A DNA stretch of 63,864 bases, counting the filler, from Platydemus manokwari (lineage: Eukaryota), in assembly GCA_037951405.1 (NCBI GenBank). It is 6 parts of 6 records of this genome, joined end to end, with 100 filler letters (N's around TTAATTAATTAA, not from the genome) between each part and the next. Parts side by side here need not be neighbours in the genome. Positions count along the whole stretch, not along the records: positions 54,230 to 63,864 come from JBBMOY011223988.1; 5 more parts are not named here. One strand, given 5' to 3'. Each line of letters opens with the position of its first letter. Within the stretch, counting starts at the first letter, position 1. Below the pieces are notes generated by a model. That model did no database searches. It had not been told where the DNA came from and saw nothing but the letters and a program-made list of their open reading frames with translations. Positions 54,130-63,864 of this stretch are shown in pieces. Both the position numbers and the translations under genes were made by a program.

Positions 54130-54229
54130 NNNNNNNNNNNNNNNNNNNNNNNNNNNNNNNNNNNNNNNNNNNNTTAATTAATTAANNNNNNNNNNNNNNN
54201 NNNNNNNNNNNNNNNNNNNNNNNNNNNNN
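54130..54229. other. Artificial 100-bp contig linker
   Basis: N44-TTAATTAATTAA-N44. Confidence 0.98.
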
Positions 54230-54799
54230 GTTGGAGGCGATATTTAATTATATTAACAAATATATAGTTATTGGAATTTATTGATATTTTCTATTTATTT
54301 TGAAGAGAAATTAATGAAAAGTTCATATAATATTTACTGATCCAATATATTTTCGATCATAACGATATCAGTTGTTTTAATTGAATGACAAATATATAAA
54401 TGACATTCTTCCAATAATAAAACAAGGATAAATATTCTAAATGACTATCATAGACAAATTAATATATCAGCAATACTTCACATTCTGATTACCTGATTCA
54501 TGGAGACAAGAAATAATTATGGAGGATTCTGAGATTGCCCCATTTAATCTTATCTATGCTTATCTATATTAAAAAGTTAAAAGGCGTATATTTGAAACAT
54601 TGATTTAGATTGAGACTGTGCTGTAAAAACTACCAATCAAATATCAGAAATAGTAACAACCACACACACACAGACATACATACATATATATAATACTCTG
54701 ATTAAAAAGAGGTGTATGCGTTGTGACTTCAATTTCAATGTCTCCCTTATAAATCAGCTGTGACTTACGTACTGCCAATTTGACCAATTTGACTTCGAT

Positions 54800-55006
54800 T
54801 TTGAAAAGATCAATTTCAGAGACGTCTAGAAGAGAATTGGGAGAATATAGAAAATATATAAAGAAGATATAATGAAAATATAATGAAGATGGAAGATATA
54901 CGTATTTATAAAGATAAATATCAAGCAAATTCCGTGATAGGGATTTCATTGAGAATAATAAATAAAATCAAAAGTTTGAAGACGGGCAGATAGTAGCGGC
55001 ATACCA
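54800..55006 (+). mobile_element. TRIM family A deleted copy
   Basis: Purine-rich internal region (ATATAGAAAATAT..AAAGAAGATATA..AAAATCAAA) followed by the LTR end ATAGTAGCGGCATAC. Confidence 0.5.
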
Positions 55007-56132
55007 ACATGTTAGTAGATAATGAAGCTATGACATCGTGTATCAAATATCATTTTTTTGTGAGGAAGTGCAATAAATTTTCCTATTCCTGTAATATCTA
55101 TCATTATATAAATATGATGATAAGGTTTTATAAGCCACAAAATAGCAAAACAAATTGACCAACGAAACTAATTATAGACGGTTTAAATTAAATAATTGTG
55201 TAAAATTTCTCATTAATATCCTCATGACAGACCAACCATGTAAATCAATAGGGTGAGCCGATAATTTATCAGAAATAGAACCAATCGATAGAATCACAAT
55301 ATTGTTTACCATATCATTTGTTATACCATGACGATATCGAATGAATAAACGATAATATGAATGCTGTATGTATATCATCTCTTAATGGCGATGATTCATT
55401 GGCAAGTTTGGTCATGTTCAATGGGTTACGACGCATGAGATAGCAGACCAGTGAGTAAAGTTATTGTGATTGAATTAAGCCAGTCGTTGATTAATGTTCT
55501 AGTAAGTCTAATCGTAATTAGAAAGTGAATAATATCTGCAGGATTTCCACGAATTTCTTGTTCAACTCAATTTGTATCATTTTTCCAATTCCGATTATTA
55601 TCACTGCTATAGTGGCACGGTTACGATGGTGACAATAATCGATAATTTGTTACGCTTTGTTTCCAATGATCTGTCATTTGTTAGATCATCATATTCTAAA
55701 CATGACTAACAAATCATCATCCCGAGAAAATACTACACAGATCAACGCTCTTGGGAGTTATTTATATATATTTTCCTCCAACCAGATTACTCATGAAAAT
55801 TTGCATATTTTTCGGTGAAAATTTTATTAATAATGTTATATTGGTTATTCGGAAGTAAATAATTTGATAATAAAATGCTTATTTTTGTACAAGAAAGATA
55901 TGATATTTTCATAAACAAAACAGAAGCAGTAGTTAATCTTTTCAATTCAAATCGAACGATTTCCTTTGATCGACACTTATCCTATTTGTACCTGAATGAT
56001 ATATTAATAGCGGAGATTCTTATCTCATATTGTGGTCATATGTTGATCTTTCTCCATATTCTAAGCTCTCCAATCAAATTATAAAATTTTGACCTCTTCA
56101 TTTCCTATTTATTATTATGTTATTATAATTTC

Positions 56133-56168
<36 letters not shown>

Positions 56169-56169
<1 letters not shown>

Positions 56170-56669
56170 GTAAGCCGCTACTATTTAATAAAAAACGCAT
56201 CGAAAACGAACTGCAAAAGACTCGACATTCAATTCTCGTCAAAGACAATTATTTAAACAAAATAAATAAAATTTAATATCAAACTAAATTCAATATAAAT
56301 TCAAATTCAAATTGATATTCTCACATCCCCCTTATTAAAATCTTTGATTTTCATTGTATTCTTGTTTGGCATTTTATCGAATACTCGTAATATTCATCTA
56401 CGTAAAGCTCTCTTATTCTTCTATCTTTTATGGCTTCTCTATATCTTCTTTATATCTAATCTACATCTTTTTATATTCTTTGCATATTTTCTATATAGTA
56501 TCACATCTTTCTACTTCTTTTCCTGAATTTACAGTCATCAGTCTTCTCAGAATCGAATCCAGATGCGTGTTCGCCATGTAAGCCGCTACTATTTAAAAGA
56601 ACAAAATAAATAAAATTTAATATCAAACTAAATTAAATATAAATTCAAATTCAATTTGATATTCTCACA
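56169..56669 (-). mobile_element. TRIM family A, best-preserved copy (501 bp)
   Basis: TG..CA LTRs at 56169-56325 (157 bp) and 56577-56669 (93 bp, internal deletion). PBS TGGCGAACACG abuts the 5' LTR, PPT AAGGGGGA abuts the 3' LTR, and the 251-bp interior is non-coding. Confidence 0.9.
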
Positions 56670-58916
56670 AAGATGATCTTATATTAATAAAATTAATCAA
56701 AGTATTTTACTATCCAGTTAAATTTATCATTAAATTAAATTATTGAGACTCACTTTTCGACAAAATAACGAATTATTGCAGTCGAATCCATTGTAATTAT
56801 TTATTTAATTTATTTTAAATTGCCTCTGACCAACTGAACAGTAAAAGATAGATATTTTAAGGAAGCATAGTTCAATGGGTTTTCATTTTTATTCGAAATA
56901 ATTTGTTTAAATTTATTAACTGCTTCATTTCTATCGGTATTTATAATTTATGAGATTTCTCGTTTTTGCTGGAAAAGAAAATATTTGATTTATTTTTTAT
57001 TCATTAAAACAATTTTCATTCATATATAAACACAAAATAGACAAGTATATTTATTTATTTTTTTAAAAAATATTTATTAGAATTTGTTGATAAAATCTAT
57101 ATTTCAAATAATTATAGAGAAAAAAAGCACATAGAAAATTTTTCATCGAAAGAACTGTCCGCTAAAGGATATTTGTTCACAAGTAGAGTGTATAAGAAAT
57201 GAACTCATTGGACTATATCCAATACAATTCGGTTTATTATAGGATCTTTTCAATGATATTATGTGTAGAATATTTGACTGTGTAGAATCAAATTCTCAAG
57301 TTGCTGCATCTGAAATCATCAGAAATTATTATATTTAACGAAATTAATGTAAAAATTGATATAAAATCTACTTGCTTTATGTTTTCTTAAGAGATATAGC
57401 GGTTGTTATTGATGTTTCTGTATTTTTTTGTTATTTAATATAAAACATGTGCCACATAAAATCAGCTGATTATATGAAACAGTTTTTTATCCATCAACAC
57501 GTTCAAGTTGTTTCAAATTTTCGGTATCAAATAATGTATTGATCGAGTGAGATTTGATATGCAATGATTGTACATGGTACATTTGTTTATATGATTGGAT
57601 TAATTTTAATATTTTTCAAAATTTATAAAAATATTTTCAAGATTCTTGTCTAAATTAATAGAATATACCAATAGAATCCATTAATAGAATATACCAATAG
57701 TATATACAATATGAAATTTAATGAGAAAATATTTCCAATTCTGTTTAATCGGATTGTATTTCAACAAGATGGATGTTTTGGAAAAATATTTCTATATAAT
57801 ATTTTATAGATGATATATTATAAAATTAATAAATCGATAAACTAATTTATAATATTTTACGTATTATTTATTGTTAAAATATTCATAAGATCTGAAATGC
57901 CACCATTTTTATGTAACAACATTGATTGTTTTTGAAGTTGTTTGTTCATTATTCTCATTGTAAGGGTTTTTATTGCTGTTTCGCTTTATTTTATATATTT
58001 CTCTTAATATCTATTCATTAATGTATTTTAAATTTAATTCCTATTAAGAATTTAATTACATAAATCAAATATTAATTCTGTTCATGTTCGTTTCAATAAT
58101 TTAATAGATAATAAATTATATGTTGTGTGTTTTTTTCTAAATATTTTCTAAATGACTAAATTTTTGTTTTATATTATCAAGTAGTGTTTTTAAATAAAAA
58201 TTGATTGGATTATTATATTCTTTATGAAATGAAAAAATTTCTTTTAAAATAAAATTTTTGTTCATGGGAGCTCTTAACTGCGTTAGAACCTGACTTTGCT
58301 TGTATTACAGCTTTGCTTCACATTTTCTCTTTGGTTCCACTTGTTTGATTATTCGTCGTCGTCATGGTGATTCGACAGTTTTTGGAACTGGTCGTCATTG
58401 TCTTCTAATTCACTTGGCTCTTGATATTGCAGTAATTTCTCAAACATTGTCTTTGTTCTTTTTGGGCCATCATAAGACTGGAATAGTGTAACTCAATTTG
58501 ATGTATGAAGTTATAGAATTCTTTATAATTTCTCTAATGGTATTGTTGTTATCACGATGATTACAATTTATTACCCGAGGCTTCAATAATGAAGAATGCT
58601 TCTTCCGTTAGCAAATATCATATTCTTTATAGTTTCAAATGGGCATTTAATGGTAATGAAGATCTTCTTTTCTGTTTGATTGAAACTTTGCCACTAAATC
58701 TGTACAGGTTACAGTCCTTGTTGGCATGGATCATCATTTCGGTATATTTGATAATTTTTATTTTACGATATCAACTGTAATAATCTTACAAAATCCAAGC
58801 CTATAATTAAATTGAAAGCTGTACACTGTAGATTTTTTAATCTATTTTTCGATTCATATTAATTTTTTTAAAACCTAAGCTTAAAATACTTTAGTTCACT
58901 TTAATGTTGTGTTTAG

Positions 58917-61003
58917 GTTTTTGATATTCGCCAATGTCATCAACAAATGAAAAAAGCCAGCTCTGAAGCACAGCTTGCATGGGTACGTCAAGCAGCCGTT
59001 GTTGCTGGTAGTAGCAATTCAATTACACCATCAGTTGGAAATCAAGGATCGAATTCCATGAATAATCTTAGTGCTGCTGGAATTGGTGTCGATGACTTAA
59101 GTCCGTTTTGTGTTTTACGTTTAAGTTTCGTGAAAGGTTGGGGTCCTGACTATCCTCGACATAATATCAAAGAAACTCCGTGTTGGATAGAAATCAAATT
59201 AAACAGGTTACTCTTGATAAATTTTCAATAAATTATGAATTAATTGCTCAATATACGTCATCAAACGAGTTAAATAAAAAAAATCGATAAAAAATATTAC
59301 TACTTTAATAATTAATAAATAATAATATAATCTCAGATATCCAAGCTTCCATTTATTTATTACAGACAATTTTTTCTATAAATAAACAGGCTTAACAACA
59401 TTGAATCTGTAATCATCTCAAATATTATTTCCATAATCAATGAAATTTAGCCATTAAATCAATTTCTTGCAATATATTTCTTTTCCCAATTCGGAATTGT
59501 TTTGTCTATTTTATTAGTTTCTTGTTTTTTCTGATTTTATAAATCGAAACTCTCAGCCGATGGCAGCCAAAATTTGTCGTCAATATTTTCTCTATAAATT
59601 TGTAGTTGTTATTTCCAAGAAATTTAATGAGACTTGGTTAATTAAAAATTTATTGTCAAAATTTGTTTTATTCATATGAATTATGGGAATATAAAATTTT
59701 GTATAAGAATTTTATGTATAAAGGAGTTTTATTTTTATAAAAAATTTAACGGTGATTCAATGTCAATGAAAACGTGGTGTTTAATTTGAAGTGGGTGTAT
59801 TTTTACTTTATAAATGGTGAGGCACAATCGATACCAATAGATGAATATTCTCGAAATAATGTGAATATTTTATATAACAACATTTTACTACTGTTATTTA
59901 GATAATATTTATCAAATCATAAAATATAATTAAAATCGTATAAATGTATCTTAACTCTTTCACGGTGACATTAGGAATATGTAATACGTTTCATATTTTC
60001 ACGGGATTATCTATATTGTGTAATTATTACGTAAACAGAAATATAGCCGTAGCATGTGATAAAACCGATACTAGTTAACAATAAAATATGTTTTGAATTG
60101 CTTGTGTGTTTGCTGAAGCGGTAGTCAAAGAACTAAAGATAATCATTGAAAATTTTATTTAAAAAGTTAAAATCTAAAATATTATCACAAGTCTATTCAC
60201 CTTGAATTATTAACACGAGTACTTATTTAATATTCTTTCAAAAATGTTAGAATTAATCATTCCCAGTCTTTAAAATCGAATTTACTTTTAATATATTTCA
60301 TGGTTCCATTATTAATGTTAACAAATTATCCTTATAGCTTTATAAAAAGAGAATGATTTGGTTTAATTTATTAGGTAAATATGATTTAATTTAATCAGAA
60401 CCGGATAATACAGTGATATTAACAGAATCTATTAAAAAATTAATGAAATTAACTAAAACAGTTAAAACTTAATTAGAAACTCCTATCAAACAAGTATGGA
60501 TTTTGTCACCTGTTGGCATAATCAGTCTGAGTTCATCTTTATATGTTTTTATAAATTGTGATAATTTTTTTCAATCACTGAATATTTTCTGGTAATGCAG
60601 CCAAGCAAAAATTTGTTGTAACATATGTAAAAATGATATTACAATTTTCTAAAAACACAAGCTTTTAATGATAATTAATGAATATGAATATTAAGCGATG
60701 TGATGTTAAAATTAATAAATTACCACGGGCCTCTGATAAAAAAAGTGGGTTTTCAATTAGGTTGATATTAACCGAGTTTGACTGTATTCCAATTTGAAAA
60801 ATTATTAGAAATAATATTTATTTTATTGAGAATTATAAAACTATGTATTTCATTACTAATCATTTAGGCCATTGCAGTTACTCGATGAAGTTCTTCAGTC
60901 CATGTCCGTCAATGAATATAAACCAACGCGTCATTTCTTTGCCAATTATTATAATCAATCACAATCAGGTATGGGTCCCAGTGGTCCTATTCATCCAAAT
61001 TAA
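58917..61003 (+). CDS. smad4: Smad4/Medea co-Smad, last two coding exons (58917-59206, 60868-61003)
   Basis: [11 protein letters not shown]...[42 protein letters not shown]|[12 protein letters not shown] is the Smad4-specific MH2 C-terminus. It has no SSxS tail and spans a phase-2 GT-AG intron. Confidence 0.95.
60759..60786. mobile_element. Orphan pogo/Tigger-type TIR in the Smad4 intron
   Basis: Reverse complement TA-CAGTCAAACTCGGTTAATATCAACC. Partner TIR not found. Confidence 0.4.
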
Positions 61004-61721
61004 TATTTTGCAATCAGTCAGCTATAACAATTTAGTTTAAATAATATATATTGTTTATATTCGCGTCGACTTCAATCAAAGCGTTGTTCGACAATATGAT
61101 GATTTATTTAGCCATTATCCAATAATAATAATAATCATGACGTACCGATTTATAAAACGATGTTTTACTTTTTTCAAATGAATGAATACTACTTGTAATA
61201 TTTGTAATTAAATTGATTTTGTTTATTTTTAAATAAATTTGGTTTTTCATAAATAGAAAAATTCGTTTTCTATAACAAAATATGCATGACATTGAAATAG
61301 ACCATCAGTAATAATTGTCTTCAAATCAACATATGGTGATATTATTTGGATTGTTTATTAGATTAATATCAACATATTTACACCGATTCAGAAATAAACA
61401 AACTTTGTAAATAAAAAACCATAGTACGAAAATAATAGTGAAGGCACATTAAAACATAAAATATATTAAATTACAATAACGAAAAGATAAATTTCAGATT
61501 AACGAAAAATGTATTTTGTTACATGATTACATAATTGTTCACACAATTATTGTAAGCTTATACTTTATTCTTGATGAGATATTTTGAAAAGATTCAATAA
61601 TAATTGTATATATCGGTAAGGATAAGAATGATTTTTAATAATCTTAACATTTGTAAATGACATTTAAATAGAATGATCAAATCGAAAAGCGCATTGATGT
61701 AAATTTTATAAAAAATAAATG

Positions 61722-63661
61722 TTAAACAATTTTGGTGAGATCTGATATTTGTTCTCGATTTGTATCTTCAATGTTACTTGGATGATCATCAATCATTGTT
61801 GAATTATTCACACTATTTGATGTTCCAGGTTGTGATTCATCTATTTCGAAAGACAGATTTTCTAAAAATCATTAATGCAATTCGATATTAATTAGAATAT
61901 TGAAGTGAAAATAAATCAGAGATATAAATGTGTAAATGACATAATTATAAAAGACACAACATACATTGAAACCAATACATGATCATATCGTTTATAAAAT
62001 GACGCTTAACATCATCGAAATGGTTGACAAAAAGGTGGTCAACATTAAATGATATAGTTGGTATTCGTAAATACCAATGACTTCTTATTCAATCTGGTGA
62101 CAGGTTTATTATACATGAAATTAGTTTACGAGTAAATTGCACATCCGTGACGCAGGGGTTTGATCAGTATGTCTCTTTCATTTGGCTAATTTATTTATCA
62201 TTTATTTTGTAAAAAAATCAAAAGATTCAGTATTGTCAAATAAAACTACAAAATGGATTTTAATTGTCACAAATGTCGTTGCAAATATAAACAAATAATA
62301 ATTATGGAGACTCTAATGAATATATTTTTCTCGATAAAAGTTTCAGATCGATTGAATGACTCTGCGCGTAATAGAAGATTTTATAAATGATAAACAATAA
62401 TAAATTTACATTTATTAACGGAATGGTATTAATAAAATCACATTAAATTCGCTATATAATCGCAAATATAAGGGGCATGAAACAAAAATAAAGCTCCAGC
62501 ACGTATTCCTGATCGAGTGGTAAGTATTAAGTAAATATTGCTAAAAAATGACCGTGGATTATTATCCAAAAATTATCGATTTTTTAAATGTAAAATTAAT
62601 GTTCATATCTAACATTGATGAGTAGCAACGACTAATTAACTGGACTATCGGTGGATTAATGGAATGATATTAATAGAATCGTTCACATTAAATTCGTTAT
62701 GTAATCACAAATATAAATGGATATGAAACAAAATGAAGTTATAACATATATTGATGATTGGATGGCAAATAAGGTAAATATTGCTAAAAAATGACTGGAT
62801 TATTATCCAAAAATTATCGATTTTTTAAATGTAAAATTAATGTTCATATCTAGCATTGATGAGTAGCAACGACTAATTAACTGGACCATCAGTGGATTAA
62901 TCGTTCACATTAAATTCGCTATATAATCACAAATATAAAAGGACATGAAACAAAATGAAGTTATAATACATATTGATGATTGGATGGCAAATAATAAGGT
63001 AAATATTTCTAAAAAATGACTGGATTATTATCCAAAGATTATCGATTTTTCAAATGTCATATTAGTGTTCCTATCTAATATTGATGAGCACCAACGACTA
63101 CTTAACCCGACTATCAGTGGATTATTTGTTGCAAATGTCATTGGTTCACAATCAACAAACCATAACCACTCTTAAAATTCCTTTTATTCATTGTCAGTTG
63201 GTCTTATATTTATAAAAATATGTTTTTATTGAGATTTATATTGTATTATTAAATTTCTATATTTCTATAACATTAATAATAATCATATAACAACAATGTA
63301 AACAACGCGTTTCAACACAAATCATATTTAATCCAGATCAACTCCATATAGCGATAAGCAAATACAATAACAGAAATATATCAACTAAATCTACCATAAC
63401 AATTATTTGAAACTTGATTTTGTTCTTCTGGAATGAATTGTACATCGCTTTCATTGTTGCTTACATAGCTTGATAAACTAGGAATTCGAGAATTGATCAA
63501 TGGTGTTTGCTCATTAATAACGGTTTGACGACTTTGTTGTGGAGAACCATCTCCACTATCCGCATCATCATCACGTCCTGGAATTTTAATTCTGTATTTA
63601 CATATTGGGCAATTCCGTTTCTGTCTCAATAGCCATGGATCAATACAATTGCAATGATATG
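61722..63661 (-). CDS. RNF13/RNF167 (godzilla)-like RING-H2 E3 ligase, last two exons (63661-63395, 61861-61722)
   Basis: AYHCNCIDPWL.RQKRNCPICK RING-H2 half, acidic/Ser tract, and EQTPLI dileucine motif (compare RNF13 EHTPLL). A phase-1 splice leads to ENLSFE...LTKIV*. Confidence 0.8.
62420..63125. repeat. Tandem repeat, three copies of about 220-245 bp, in the RING-gene intron
   Basis: CACATTAAATTCG at about 62439, 62684 and 62906. TGGATTATTATCCAAA, ATTGATGAG and CAACGACTA recur in each unit. Confidence 0.9.
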
Positions 63662-63864
63662 CTAAATATTAAAGCAAATTGGTGGTGAAATATTTAATAT
63701 AGCAATTTATATCAATATTCATTTCATTACAATCATATCATGAAATTATTAACAATGGAATATATATATATATATATCAACGTATCAATAAAGAGCAGTC
63801 ATTTGTGATTTTATCAATTATGCAATATATTAATGTATACATTTATACTTTCCTATATTGTGTA

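Noticed and set aside
56515-56565. Hammerhead core inside the TRIM (minus strand CTGATGA-CTGTAAATTCAG-GAAA), which would make it a retrozyme
   Set aside because: No valid NUH site or stem III, and the core reads TCAATGA or TCAATGC in the copies near 31090 and 10680, so it is not conserved.
56344-56581. Short hydrophobic ORFs here and elsewhere in the track (for example 9948, 13230, 29457, 30982, 49641, 54644)
   Set aside because: F/L/I/Y-rich by-products of AT-rich or TRIM sequence with no domain or splice support.
57440-57785. Mariner-like relic (IVFQQDG at about 57753-57773)
   Set aside because: One motif only, too decayed to delimit.
59682-59826. Ninth TRIM solo LTR in the Smad4 intron
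   Set aside because: Only the ends vaguely resemble the LTR, and the diagnostic core is not recognisable.

Overview
Very AT-rich, repeat-dense animal genomic DNA, not prokaryotic. The window is six separate sequence pieces joined by identical artificial 100-bp linkers (N44-TTAATTAATTAA-N44), so adjacency across linkers is unproven. Short (about 45-55 bp) GT-AG introns, intronless orphan rhodopsin GPCRs and the Smad4 C-terminal tail suggest a flatworm, probably a planarian (inference). Host genes: two tandem intronless class A GPCRs, an intronless CYP2-clan P450, and the 3' exons of a guanylate cyclase, Smad4 and an RNF13/167-like RING ligase. There are also three hand-spliced orphan or small genes (387 aa, about 258 aa, and a 102-aa single C2H2 finger). 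The rest is mostly decayed transposons: Penelope, Ty3/gypsy, an RLE (R2/NeSL-type) non-LTR element, Tc1/mariner, Merlin, a hAT MITE, and probable Transib and Polinton pieces. The main find is a roughly 500-bp non-coding miniature LTR retrotransposon (TRIM) family with an Arg-tRNA-type PBS and a PPT, present as about 8 copies or solo LTRs across all six pieces. All alignments and splice models were made by eye.
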